31,491 bases of DNA, from contig JANMKN010000219.1 in NCBI GenBank assembly GCA_031372065.1, positions 1-31,491 of the forward strand, given 5' to 3'. This DNA is from Abditibacteriaceae bacterium. Its GTDB lineage: Bacteria > Armatimonadota > Abditibacteriia > Abditibacteriales > Abditibacteriaceae. Of the stretch, positions 18,918-28,476 are shown one piece after another (the first letter of the stretch is position 1; each line of letters opens with the position of its first letter). The position numbers and the translations under genes are program-made. A model generated the notes under the pieces. That model was not told where the DNA came from. It saw nothing but the letters and a program-made list of their open reading frames with translations, and searched no databases.

Positions 18918-19841
18918 ATGAACCCCCTTTTGCAAATTTCTTACGAAATTATCCTGCCGATTTTTTTGCTGATTGGCATTGGTTACTTGGTGCAAAAACG
19001 TCTGGGCCTTGATTCAAAAACCCTGACGCGATTGAACTTTTGGATTTTCGTGCCCGCGTTTTTGTTTACGGGCATTTTGCATTCGACTATCAAAAACGAT
19101 GAGCTTTTGAAAGTGTTTTTACACTTCGCGCTGCTTTTCGCCACGCAATTCGCCTTAGCGTGGTTTTTGGCGCCGCTTTTTGGCGCGAGTGACCGAATGC
19201 GTCGCGCTTTGACCTCTTCGGTTTTGTTTTACAATTCCGGCAATTATGGCGTGCCCGCCGCGCGTTTGGCCTTTGGCGGACTGGGCGAATCGCTACAAGC
19301 CATGATTATCATGATGCAAAACATCAGCAATTTCAGCATTGGCATTGCCTTGCACGCGGGCGGGCGCGAAGGCAGCAATTGGCGGCAAACACTCAAAGCG
19401 ATTTTTCATCTGCCGATGATTTACACCTTAATCACGGCGTGGGTGTGGCGTTTAAGCGGCGCGCCGGTGCCTAAACCGCTGGACGAAGCATTGACATGGC
19501 TGCGTCAAGGCTTGGTGCCGATTGCCCTGGTGACTTTGGGCGCGCAAATGGCCTCACTCAAATCGCATCGCCTTGGTCTGCCTCTTTTTGGAGCGCTATT
19601 TCTGCGCTTATGCATAGGCCCCGCTTTGGGTTGGCTTTATGTTTTGCTGCTGGGTTTCAAAGGCGAATTGGCGCAAGCCGTCGTCGTTTCGGCCAGTTTT
19701 CCCACAGCGGTCAACTCGGCGCTTTTGGCGATGGAATACGACAACGAACCCGATTTCGCCGCTTCTGTGGTGTTTTATTCAACGCTCGCCTCAGCGGTGA
19801 CAGTTTCGGTTGTGATTTATCTTGCGAAGAATTTTTTGTAA
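18918..19841 (+). CDS. AEC (auxin efflux carrier) family transporter
   Basis: ILPIFLLIGIGY, FVPAFLF, NSGNYGVP, PIALVTLGAQM, FPTAVN; about 10 TM segments. Confidence 0.93.
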   Translation: MNPLLQISYEIILPIFLLIGIGYLVQKRLGLDSKTLTRLNFWIFVPAFLFTGILHSTIKNDELLKVFLHFALLFATQFALAWFLAPLFGASDRMRRALTSSVLFYNSGNYGVPAARLAFGGLGESLQAMIIMMQNISNFSIGIALHAGGREGSNWRQTLKAIFHLPMIYTLITAWVWRLSGAPVPKPLDEALTWLRQGLVPIALVTLGAQMASLKSHRLGLPLFGALFLRLCIGPALGWLYVLLLGFKGELAQAVVVSASFPTAVNSALLAMEYDNEPDFAASVVFYSTLASAVTVSVVIYLAKNFL

Positions 19842-19864
19842 GGCCGATAATTCTGCATCCAGCC

Positions 19865-20851
19865 TCAATACGGGCCGCGAATGTGGTCGGCGACTTCATT
19901 TTCATAGAAAGCGCGCAATTTTTGATGCAGTTCCTTACTTAGCGGCGGCACATCGCTGACAGAAGCGTTCGATTGCACTTGCGCGTGGCTGCTGGCGCCG
20001 GGAATGACGGTGCTGATGGCCTTGAAATCTACAATCCAACGCAGCGCCATTTGCGCCATTGTCATGCCGGCAGGCACCATAGTTTTCAATTTATCGGAAA
20101 GCTCAACGCCTTTTTCAAAGGGCAAACCGGCGAAGGTTTCGCCAACGTTGAAAGCCTCGCCGTCGCGATTGAAATTGCGGTGATCGTCTGTGGCGAAATG
20201 GGTGTTGCTTTTAAACTTTCCTGACAGCAAACCGCTGGCTAATGGCACGCGCGCAATCAAGGCGACGCCTTTGGCTTGCGCTTCGTCGAACAGCGTCGTT
20301 ATGGGCTTTTGCCGAAAAATATTAAAAATAATTTGCAGCGAAGCAAGGTCATCTTGCTGCAAGCAAAGGCGCGCTTCTTCCATTGATTCCACGCTGGCGC
20401 CGAAGCGTTGAATTTTGCCTTCGCTTTTTAAAGTGCGCAGATTTTCGAAGATTTCGCCTTGCCGCAAAACCTCGGTTGGCACACAATGCAATTGCGTTAA
20501 ATCCAGCGATTCAACGCCCAAGCGCCGCAGCGAATTTTCGGTGTGCACTCGCATCGCGGGAAGCGTAAAATTCTCCGGCCAACCCGGATCGCCGCCGCGC
20601 CCCAGTTTGGTGGCAACAAAGACGTTTTCCGATGGTTTTTCGCGCAAAAAGCGGCCAATTAACGCTTCGCTGCGTCCGTTGCCATACACATCGGCGGTGT
20701 CGAAAAAATTCACGCCCTCGGCGAGAGCGGTTTGCAAAATTTCCAGCGATTCGTCTTCGCTGATTTCGCCCCACGAACCGCCAATTTGCCATGTGCCCAA
20801 ACCCACTTCGGAAACGCTGCGCCCCGACTGTCCAAATGCTTTTTGTTTCAT
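19865..20851 (-). CDS. Aldo/keto reductase
   Basis: VSEVGLGTWQIGG, FFDTADVYGNGRSE, VATK, SLRRLG, QLHC, ARVPLASGLLSGK, VIPGA. Start taken as ATG 20851. Confidence 0.95.
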   Translation of the reverse strand: MKQKAFGQSGRSVSEVGLGTWQIGGSWGEISEDESLEILQTALAEGVNFFDTADVYGNGRSEALIGRFLREKPSENVFVATKLGRGGDPGWPENFTLPAMRVHTENSLRRLGVESLDLTQLHCVPTEVLRQGEIFENLRTLKSEGKIQRFGASVESMEEARLCLQQDDLASLQIIFNIFRQKPITTLFDEAQAKGVALIARVPLASGLLSGKFKSNTHFATDDHRNFNRDGEAFNVGETFAGLPFEKGVELSDKLKTMVPAGMTMAQMALRWIVDFKAISTVIPGASSHAQVQSNASVSDVPPLSKELHQKLRAFYENEVADHIRGPY

Positions 20852-20903
20852 GATGATGTATTGAAGAGCGACTCCAATGCCGCGCTCATTTAAACTTTGC
20901 TCC

Positions 20904-21401
20904 ATGAAAATCATGCTCCAAACGCTGTGTCGTTACAACCATTGGATGAACGAAAAACTTTATGAGGTCTGCGCTTCCATGCCCGATGAACTGCGTAAAG
21001 CAGACAAGGGCGCGTGGTTTCATTCGATGCATGGCACGCTCAATCATTTGCTGCTCGCTGACCGCGTGTGGCTGGGCCGTTTTACCGGCGAGCCTTTCGC
21101 GGCGCGCTCTTTGGATGAGGAACTTTACAGCGATTTTCAAACTTTGTGGCAAGAGCGCCGCAAAACCGACGAAGCTATTGCAAAATGGCTGGACGCTTTA
21201 AGCGACGAACAACTTTTAGCGCACTTTTCGTATTGGACGATGACCAATCCGCAGCAAATCACACAGCCTTTATGGGAAGCCACGCTGCATTTGTTCAATC
21301 ATCAAACGCACCATCGCGGCCAACTCACCACGCTGATGGAACAGTCCGGTTACGATTCGGGCGTGACCGATTTACTTTGGATGTTGCGCGAGGAAAAATG
21401 A
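20904..21401 (+). CDS. DinB/YfiT family putative metalloenzyme
   Basis: YNHWMNEKLY, SMHGTLNHLLLADRVWL, HLFNHQTHHRGQLTTL. Confidence 0.93.
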   Translation: MKIMLQTLCRYNHWMNEKLYEVCASMPDELRKADKGAWFHSMHGTLNHLLLADRVWLGRFTGEPFAARSLDEELYSDFQTLWQERRKTDEAIAKWLDALSDEQLLAHFSYWTMTNPQQITQPLWEATLHLFNHQTHHRGQLTTLMEQSGYDSGVTDLLWMLREEK

Positions 21402-22396
21402 GCGACAATAAAAGCATGACACACATGACAAAGCGCACTTTGGGCCGCACGGGGCTGGATGTTTCGATTTTAGGTGTCGGCGGTCATACCTATCCCATCG
21501 GCGATGGGCCGAATGACTTTTGCAATTACGAAAAGCGGGCGCAGCTTATCGCGCATTTGGTGGAAACGGGCGTCAATTATTTCGATACGACATGGCTCAA
21601 CGAAGTGGAATTGTTGGCCGATTCGCTGCGCCGCGCCAATATCCAATCAACTTCTCAAAAACCGCAACACGTTTCGCTGCAATATGTGGATGGAATTTCC
21701 GAGTCCCGCTGGCGGCAAAATTTGCGCGGCGAAGTGGAAAATCGCTTGCGCGTTATGAATTATGACCGCGCACCGCTTTTTATCATGGGCGTGGGCAACA
21801 ACAAGCCGCCGCTTGCAGAAATCAGGTCCGCTGTCGAAGCCTTACACGCTTTGAAAGAAGAAGGTCTGATTCAAAACATCGGCGTTAGCTGTCACGAATT
21901 AACGGCTTTTGAAAATCTGGCGCACGTCATTGAAGAAACCGATTTGCTGGATTACATGATGATCCGCTACAACTGGAAATTCCAGCAGGCAGCAGAGAAA
22001 TTATTTCCCGTAGCGAAAGCGCATAATGTGGGCGTAGTGGCGATGAAAGTTTTCTGTTGGGACTGTGGCCCCGATAACTGGGGACGGCGCATCAGCGTGT
22101 TTGAACCGATTGAAGAAGCAGCCCACCATCAAAATTTGCCAGATTTAAACGCCGCGCAGCGCTCATGGCTTTGGTGCGTGCAAAACGCGCCTTGTGCTAC
22201 CAGTGTGCCGGCCATTAATGCGCGTTGGGAAGCCGATCAGTTGTTGGAAGCCGTGCCATCGCTTGGCGCGGATGTGACAACAAGTGATTTTAATAAATAC
22301 ATCAACCGGCTTTATGATAGTCAGGCGCTGAAAGAATTGGCTGGACGCGCCGAAAGCGCCGCTGTGCGCGAACGCGCGGCGGCTTTGATGCGCTGA
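21398..22396 (+). CDS. Aldo/keto reductase family protein
   Basis: KRTLGRTGLDVSILGVGG, GVNYFDT, IGVSCH, VGVVAMK; ATG overlaps the dinB-like stop (ATGA). Confidence 0.85.
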   Translation: MSDNKSMTHMTKRTLGRTGLDVSILGVGGHTYPIGDGPNDFCNYEKRAQLIAHLVETGVNYFDTTWLNEVELLADSLRRANIQSTSQKPQHVSLQYVDGISESRWRQNLRGEVENRLRVMNYDRAPLFIMGVGNNKPPLAEIRSAVEALHALKEEGLIQNIGVSCHELTAFENLAHVIEETDLLDYMMIRYNWKFQQAAEKLFPVAKAHNVGVVAMKVFCWDCGPDNWGRRISVFEPIEEAAHHQNLPDLNAAQRSWLWCVQNAPCATSVPAINARWEADQLLEAVPSLGADVTTSDFNKYINRLYDSQALKELAGRAESAAVRERAAALMR

Positions 22397-22421
22397 TTAA
22401 CTCCGTTTGCTTTGCCCCAAC

Positions 22422-22901
22422 ATGAACCAAACTCTTCTTGAAGCCACCATCATCATGGTCGTCGGATTTATCGGTTGTTTCATGCCGTTTTTGCCCGGCC
22501 CGCCGATTGTGTGGCTGGGCGCGCTGTATTACGGCTGGAAAACCAATTTCGCTGAATTTGGCTGGCCAACGCTGCTTTTGATGCTGATTTTTGCCCTTAT
22601 TGGTAGCACAGCAGATGTGTGGCTGAGTTATTTTGGCGCCCGCAAAAGCGGTGCTTCGGTGTGGAGTTCGCTTGCGGCTACTATTGGCGGCATTATTGGA
22701 TTGCTCGTTTTTAGTTTGCCCGGTTTGATTATCGGTTCGTTCGCCGCCATTGCGCTGGTGGAATTTCAAATTCACAAGGACTGGGACAAAGTTCTCAAAG
22801 CCGGTTTGGGTTATCTCGCGGGCTATCTGCTTTCGATGGTTGTCCAAGTTATCTCCTGCATCGCTATCGTTGTCGCTTTTATTTTGGCGCTGCGTTTATG
22901 A
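22422..22901 (+). CDS. DUF456 (YqgC-like) membrane protein
   Basis: GCFMPFLPGPPIVW, GARKSGAS, GGIIG, PGLIIGSF motifs. Confidence 0.88.
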   Translation: MNQTLLEATIIMVVGFIGCFMPFLPGPPIVWLGALYYGWKTNFAEFGWPTLLLMLIFALIGSTADVWLSYFGARKSGASVWSSLAATIGGIIGLLVFSLPGLIIGSFAAIALVEFQIHKDWDKVLKAGLGYLAGYLLSMVVQVISCIAIVVAFILALRL

Positions 22902-25219
22902 TTATGAAATTCTTCGCTCTGCTCTTTTCGCTCGCTTTGCTTCAATCATCTTTCGCTCTGACTGCGCGCGTTGAAACGACCAATGGCGTGCCGCGCATTT
23001 TGATCAATGGCAAGCCGGCACGCGCCCGTATGTTTTGGGGTGGGCCGGGTTCAACTCCGCTGAAAATCGGCGCGGGGCGTGAAGAACGTTTTGAATTTGT
23101 CGCTTCGGACAGCGCCGCTAACGGCACCATGCATTTTCGCTTCGGTCAAACGCCGGGTGAAATTATTGTGGATGATATTCGCGTTTTCGATCTAACCGAT
23201 AACCGCGAAATTTTAACGAGCGATTTTGAAAACGGCGCGGATAGTTTCAGCAAAGGCTGGAATATCTGGCCGCCGCCCACGCAAAATAATGTCGGCACCA
23301 TCGAGGTTGTGCCGGGGGCGGGGCGCGATAAATCTGCCGCTTTGCGCATTCAATTAAAAGCGCCCGCCAATGGGACTTGGCCGGATTTTCATATTTATCA
23401 CAACGCCGATTTGCCGCTGGTCGAAAACCATCGTTATCGAGTCAGCTTTTGGGCGCAAGCTACGCCCGCGCGCGATTTAATCGTCGCGTTTTATCGGCCC
23501 GGCACCAGTTACACGCATTTGGGCGGACCAAAAGGCGCTTATCAAAATCAAATTCAATTGGCGGCGCAGGCGGGCATCAATTTCGTAAGTTTTCCGGTTG
23601 GCTTGCCGTGGCCCGAACCGGGCCAAAACGCCGATTGGAACAGCGTGGATGTGGCGTGCCGTCAGGTATTAAAAGCCAACCCGAATGCGCTTCTCATTCC
23701 GCGCATTCCGATGGACCCGCCATCGTGGTGGTGCCAAACGAACCCGACGGATGTGATGCAATGGGAAGACGGCGCGCATGGCGACTTTGCTGTGCCCGCT
23801 TCGCTGCTTTACCGGCGCGAGGCAGCAGCACGTTTGACGGCTTTAATCGAACATCTCGAAGCCACTTTTGGCGATCACGTCGCAGGTTATCATCCCGGCG
23901 GGCAAAACACGGCGGAATGGTTTTACGAAGGCACTTGGAAGCAATCGCTCAACGGCTATGCGCCCGCCGATTTAACGGCGTGGCGCGCGTGGCTCCATCA
24001 AAAATACGTTAGTGATGCCGCCTTGCAAAACGCGTGGCACAAAACCGAAATTACACGCCTTGCAGCACCAGTTCCCACACCGCAAGAGCGCCACGCCGCG
24101 CCCAATGGCATTTTGCGCGACCCACAAACGGAGCAGCATTTAATTGACTGGGCGCAGTTTCAGCAGGAAGCGATGGCCGATTGCGTTCTGGATTTAGCGC
24201 ACGCGGCACGCATGGCATCGCGCGGGCGCAAATTGGTGTTGTTTTTTTATGGCTACAGTTTTGAATTTGCGCCTGTGCAAAACGGCCCGGCGACTTCGGG
24301 ACACTACGCCTTGCGCCGCGTTTTAAACAGCCCCAACATTGATATTTTATGCTCACCGATTTCCTATTTTGACCGCGCTTTAGGTGGCAGCGCGCCAACT
24401 ATGACGCCTGCGGAAAGCATCGCTTTGGCAGGCAAACTCTATCTGCGCGAAGACGACACGCACACTTATTTGGCGAGCGGCGATCAGCCCGGCTCGACAG
24501 ATCACGTTGCCACCATCGAAGAAACCAATGCCGAACTCTCGCGCAACGTGGCACAAGAAGCGACGCGTAATTTCGCGTCGTGGTGGATGGATTTAGGCTC
24601 CAGCGGCTGGTTCAACGATGCGCGAATGTGGCAACAAATGCAGCGCCTTAACGCAATAGATGAAGCGTTTTTGCAAAGCCCGACGCCGTTCACACCCGAA
24701 GTCGCCGCTGTCGTTGACGAACGCGCTATGGCACGCGTCGCCCCCGGCGGCAATGCCGTCACCGGGCCGGGAATTTACGAAGCGCGCCGCGCTTTGGGGA
24801 GAATGGGCGCGCCTTATGGTCAGTATTTGTTGGATGATGTTCTGGCCGGGCGCGTGAAGGCAAAACTTTATGTGTTTTTGAATGCGTGGGATTTATCGAA
24901 CGATGAGCGCACCAAATTACAAAAAACTTTGCGAGGCGCCACGACCATTTGGCGCTCAACAGATGCGCCGCCTTTGACTTCTCAAGCGTTGCGAAGCGCG
25001 GCAAAACAAGCGGGCGTGCATCTTTTCACGCAAAGCGATTGCAATGTTTACGCGAACCGAAATTTTTTGGCGTTGCACGGCTCGCAAGATGAGCCAATCG
25101 AAGTAAATATCGGGCAAAAAAGCGAAATTGTCGATGTGCTAACGAACCAAAAAATCGCCGTCGGGCCGAAGTTTGTTTTGCCGCTGAAAAAGGGCGAAAC
25201 GCGCGTTTTGAAGTATTGA
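22898..25219 (+). CDS. Secreted GH42-like (beta-galactosidase-type) glycoside hydrolase with CBM4/9-like insertion
   Basis: Signal peptide; GYHPGGQNTAEWFY, WRAWLHQKY...LQNAW, DILCSPISY, EDDTHT; inserted SDFENG...YRVSFWAQA domain. Confidence 0.72.
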   Translation: MIMKFFALLFSLALLQSSFALTARVETTNGVPRILINGKPARARMFWGGPGSTPLKIGAGREERFEFVASDSAANGTMHFRFGQTPGEIIVDDIRVFDLTDNREILTSDFENGADSFSKGWNIWPPPTQNNVGTIEVVPGAGRDKSAALRIQLKAPANGTWPDFHIYHNADLPLVENHRYRVSFWAQATPARDLIVAFYRPGTSYTHLGGPKGAYQNQIQLAAQAGINFVSFPVGLPWPEPGQNADWNSVDVACRQVLKANPNALLIPRIPMDPPSWWCQTNPTDVMQWEDGAHGDFAVPASLLYRREAAARLTALIEHLEATFGDHVAGYHPGGQNTAEWFYEGTWKQSLNGYAPADLTAWRAWLHQKYVSDAALQNAWHKTEITRLAAPVPTPQERHAAPNGILRDPQTEQHLIDWAQFQQEAMADCVLDLAHAARMASRGRKLVLFFYGYSFEFAPVQNGPATSGHYALRRVLNSPNIDILCSPISYFDRALGGSAPTMTPAESIALAGKLYLREDDTHTYLASGDQPGSTDHVATIEETNAELSRNVAQEATRNFASWWMDLGSSGWFNDARMWQQMQRLNAIDEAFLQSPTPFTPEVAAVVDERAMARVAPGGNAVTGPGIYEARRALGRMGAPYGQYLLDDVLAGRVKAKLYVFLNAWDLSNDERTKLQKTLRGATTIWRSTDAPPLTSQALRSAAKQAGVHLFTQSDCNVYANRNFLALHGSQDEPIEVNIGQKSEIVDVLTNQKIAVGPKFVLPLKKGETRVLKY

Positions 25220-25256
25220 ATTTTTGTCGTTCTATAAAAAAGAGTTTTGGAGAATT

Positions 25257-27932
25257 ATGCATCTCTTTCGCATCGTCACAATTGTCTGTTTTTTGCTTTG
25301 CCTTTGCGCCACTGTTTTCGCGCAAGAGTTGCCGCAGTTCGATTTTTCGCGGCTCGGATTCGTAAGCCAATGGAACGCGGCGCATGATATTTCTAAAATC
25401 GAAAGCGGCGCCGAAGGCATGGTCATTTCGATTGGCGGCAACGACCCGTATACCTTCGGCCCGCCGCGCGATTATCCTGCCAATGTGCCGCTGTGGCTGA
25501 CGGTGCGTATGAAATCGGACACCGAAGGCGACACGCAAATTTTCTATTTTACCGATGGCCCGCGCGAAGAAAATTCGGTGCGTTTTACGGTGCCGCAAAA
25601 TCAATGGACAGAAAAGCGCATCGCCGTGCCGCCTTTAGCAAAAGGCACGCGCCTGCGCCTTGACCCGCCGGGCACCAAAGGCCAAGCGACGATTGCGTTC
25701 ATGCGTTTTTCGCCGCGCATTTTGCTGCAAGAACCAGCATGGCCGCGCCCGACAACGCCGGATGTTCAGCAAGGTGCTTATACACTGAAAAGCGGTAACT
25801 TAATAATCAAAAGCAATGCTCTATTTGGTCAGTTTACACTCGCAATCAATGGACAAGATATGGCGATAGGTCTAAATTGTCCGCAAATTGGCTACACAGT
25901 AAAAAATGGATTGCATTGGTTAGATTTTTCTCAAAAAAGGCACAACAAATGGAGTATGGAAACTGACGGCACTATAAGGATCAGACATTCAAAACAAGAC
26001 GAAGATGGTGCTTATTGGGGCTGGACTCAAACTTTCAAAGCGGGCAAATTACAGGGCACGATTGAAGTGCATTCAGAGGTTACGGTTAGTCAAAACCGCG
26101 AAATTGTTTTCTTGCCGATGCTCACTATTTTGCCCGGCGTCGGTTCGTTTGGCGAAAAGAAAACGCAGGCGATTTTTCCCGGTTTGGAATATCTGGATAA
26201 CGAGCCGAGCAGCAGCGAAGCCGATATTCGCGGGCCGCAATCGAAAAGACAAGTGTCAGATAGTGTAAAAAACACACTTCCGATGATGGCGGTGCAAAAC
26301 GGCGAGAATTATATCGGTTTGGCGTGGCGAGAAGACGAAAAAAATCCCGACAAATTCAGTGCGCTTTTCGATTCGCCGGATCGCCTTTTCGGTTCGGGCG
26401 GGCACGTTATGGGCCTGCTTTTTCCCGGTTCGGACGGCGAAAATCGCGTCGAAGGCAGCCTTTTGCCGTATCAGGGCGAAACGCTCAAAGCTGGCGTGCC
26501 GCTGACGTTGAACGCTCTCATTTTCGGCGGGAAAGGTGACAGCGCCGTTGATGCCGTGAAGCAATTTGTGGCGTGGCACGGCTTGCCGAAAATTCCCGAT
26601 GCGGGCACTTTTGAAAATTATAACGCGCTGGCCTCGGCGGGTTGGCTTGATTCCAAAATCCGCGAAGGAAATTTGTTTCGTCATGCGTTTTGGCCCGGTT
26701 TCGAGGCCAAAACTGCCGCTGATGCGCCACTTTTGATGGAATGGCTGGCGCAACAAAATTCGCCGCGCGCTGGGGAACTAAAAACCGTCGCACAAAGCGC
26801 TTTGGCGCAAGTGAAACCGCAAGATTATAATGCCTCCAACGTTTCGCACGTCACTTATCCCGTGGCGGCGTTGGTTTATGGAGGCGTCGAACAAAACGCC
26901 GCGCGCGCCGCGCAAAATGCGCGTAATTTGTTGAAGCGTTTTGATGAAAACAACCGCGTGCTTTATCAAAAGCGGCCCGATGGCGGCGACTTGGGCACCA
27001 CGCATTTCGCGCCCGATGCCAACGGTTTAACCGCGCAAGTTGTCGAGTCGCTTTTGGAAAACGCGTCATTTTCCGGCGAGCAGGATTTGATTGACGAAGG
27101 CCTCAAAAAACTGCGCGCTTTGGACAAATTTAGGAACACGGTGCCGCGCGGCGCGCAGACGTGGGAAGTGCCGCTACACACGCCGGATATTTTGGCTTCG
27201 GCGCATTTAGTAGCCGCTTACACGCGCGGCTACGAATTAACCGGCGAGGCGCACTTTTTGGAAATGGCGCGGCATTGGGCGTGGACGGGCGTGCCGTTTG
27301 TTTATTTGCGCAATCCGACAGATAAAAATGTCGGCGCGTATAGCACCATTGCCGTTTTGGGCGCGACGCAATGGGCCGCGCCGGTGTGGTTTGGTCAGCC
27401 TGTGCAATGGTGCGGTTTGGTTTACGCCGATGCGCTTTATCGCTTGGCGCCTTATGATCAAACTGGCCCGTGGAAAACGTTGGCCGATGGCATCACAGCG
27501 GCGGGCATTCAACACACATGGAAGCAAAAAGACAAAGAGCGCGTGGGCCTTTTGCCCGATTATTATTTGCTGCGCCCACAAATGAGCAGCGGCCCCGCAA
27601 TTAATCCCGGCACCATGCAGACCAATGCCGTGCGCTTGTTCAACAAACCGGCGCTCTATGATTTTCGTGTGCTAAGCCAAAGTGGTTTGCTCGTTCACGC
27701 GCCGGGCGCGATTAGCGAAGTCAAAGAAAGCAAAACCGGCGCGCAATTCAAAGTGATGGGCTGGACGGAAAAACCATATTTCGTTTTAATCAACGGCTTG
27801 AAAAGCACGCCACAAATCCGCATCAACAATCAAGCTGTGACATTAGCCGCGCCGCATCAATTCAACGCCGAAAAAGGCCGTTTGATCTTAAATTTGCAAG
27901 GTGCGCCGACGGTTGAAATTAGCACGAATTAA
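25257..27932 (+). CDS. Large secreted hypothetical protein, probably glycan-active (possible C-terminal helical-barrel domain)
   Basis: ATG 25257 with GGAG RBS and signal peptide; N-terminal LRLDPP beta-sandwich-like domain; PRGAQTWEVPLHTPDILASA, GYELTG...YL, PVQWCGLVYA. Confidence 0.8.
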   Translation: MHLFRIVTIVCFLLCLCATVFAQELPQFDFSRLGFVSQWNAAHDISKIESGAEGMVISIGGNDPYTFGPPRDYPANVPLWLTVRMKSDTEGDTQIFYFTDGPREENSVRFTVPQNQWTEKRIAVPPLAKGTRLRLDPPGTKGQATIAFMRFSPRILLQEPAWPRPTTPDVQQGAYTLKSGNLIIKSNALFGQFTLAINGQDMAIGLNCPQIGYTVKNGLHWLDFSQKRHNKWSMETDGTIRIRHSKQDEDGAYWGWTQTFKAGKLQGTIEVHSEVTVSQNREIVFLPMLTILPGVGSFGEKKTQAIFPGLEYLDNEPSSSEADIRGPQSKRQVSDSVKNTLPMMAVQNGENYIGLAWREDEKNPDKFSALFDSPDRLFGSGGHVMGLLFPGSDGENRVEGSLLPYQGETLKAGVPLTLNALIFGGKGDSAVDAVKQFVAWHGLPKIPDAGTFENYNALASAGWLDSKIREGNLFRHAFWPGFEAKTAADAPLLMEWLAQQNSPRAGELKTVAQSALAQVKPQDYNASNVSHVTYPVAALVYGGVEQNAARAAQNARNLLKRFDENNRVLYQKRPDGGDLGTTHFAPDANGLTAQVVESLLENASFSGEQDLIDEGLKKLRALDKFRNTVPRGAQTWEVPLHTPDILASAHLVAAYTRGYELTGEAHFLEMARHWAWTGVPFVYLRNPTDKNVGAYSTIAVLGATQWAAPVWFGQPVQWCGLVYADALYRLAPYDQTGPWKTLADGITAAGIQHTWKQKDKERVGLLPDYYLLRPQMSSGPAINPGTMQTNAVRLFNKPALYDFRVLSQSGLLVHAPGAISEVKESKTGAQFKVMGWTEKPYFVLINGLKSTPQIRINNQAVTLAAPHQFNAEKGRLILNLQGAPTVEISTN

Positions 27933-27941
27933 AAGCCCGCT

Positions 27942-28114
27942 CCTCGGCTAATTCGCGCTTTGGGTTTGCGCCTATCGGCCAAGGGCAAAAGTAAGATGCT
28001 GATTATCGGGGCTGCGATGAGAAAACTGTTGCATATTGCTTTCGGCGTTCTTAAAGGAGGGCCGAAAAATAAAAAAGACAAGAGGTCGTTTTACCCCTTG
28101 TCAACATAGTCTCT
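27942..28114 (+). mobile_element. IS110-family (IS621-like) remnant: transposase C-terminus plus right end
   Basis: Start-less frame 27933-28109 reads ...LIRALGLRLSAKGKSKMLIIGAAMRKLLHIAFGVLK..., typical of an IS110 transposase C-terminus. It ends in TTGTCAACATAGTCTCT (28098-28114), fused to a half attC. Confidence 0.8.
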
Positions 28115-28122
28115 TGTTGGGC
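28113..28122 (-). repeat. Half attC (R'' box and part of spacer only)
   Basis: CTTGTTGGGC is identical to the end of attC 28418-28427; the rest is replaced by the IS110-like right end. Confidence 0.75.
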
Positions 28123-28329
28123 AGCAAGTCGAAGCATTCGAGATTGAGCCGCCGCAGTGAGCGAACCCACGAGCTTGAAGTTGCGGCTGAACCACGTGAG
28201 CGAGTTGACGCGGTTCCACATCCAGCTACGCCACCAACTCAGCGTTGAACAAGCTCAGCAAAGCTGAGCTTGACCTTCAATTTCTGCTCAAGACGCTCAG
28301 CGAGCAGAAGCCGCGCGCTTGCGGGCCAA
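28116..28329 (-). other. ORF-less, highly structured gene cassette
   Basis: Ends are complementary (11/13) like other cassettes; carries the cassette leader GCGCGCGGCTT; no self-contained ORF in the track; several hairpins. Confidence 0.7.
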
Positions 28330-28427
28330 CGACCAAGCTCACCCGCCGCCGGAAGCGCAGAGACCGCAGCGAGGAACGAGCGTAGGGAACGAAGCTGTAG
28401 GCGGTCGGGTGCAGCGCCTTGTTGGGC
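28324..28427 (-). repeat. attC site (104 bp)
   Basis: Minus strand GCCCAAC aaggc GCTGCAC ... GTGAGC ttggtc GTTGGCC. Confidence 0.93.
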
Positions 28428-28476
28428 CGCTTGTCTGACAATTTTGATTGCCATTGTATTGCTTACAGGGCGCGTC

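Noticed and set aside
20852..20914. Overlap of the divergent AKR and DinB ORFs
   Set aside because: Disappears when starts 20851 and 20904 are used.
21146..21397. N-terminal extension of the 416-aa aldo/keto reductase ORF
   Set aside because: Overlaps the DinB gene; ATG 21398 coupled to the DinB stop fits the family length.
5443..27585. Numerous 60-200 aa antisense or alternate-frame ORFs overlapping recognised genes
   Set aside because: Shadow ORFs of GC-rich coding sequence with no family motifs.
28098..28122. Mini-hairpin GCCCAAC-10 bp-GTTGACA as an attI site or collapsed attC
   Set aside because: It is at the distal end of the array with no intI beside it, the spacing is atypical, and it is better explained as an IS110 right end joined to a half attC.
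28036..28248. 70-aa plus-strand ORF
   Set aside because: Spans the IS110 remnant/cassette junction out of frame with the transposase fragment; no recognisable motifs.
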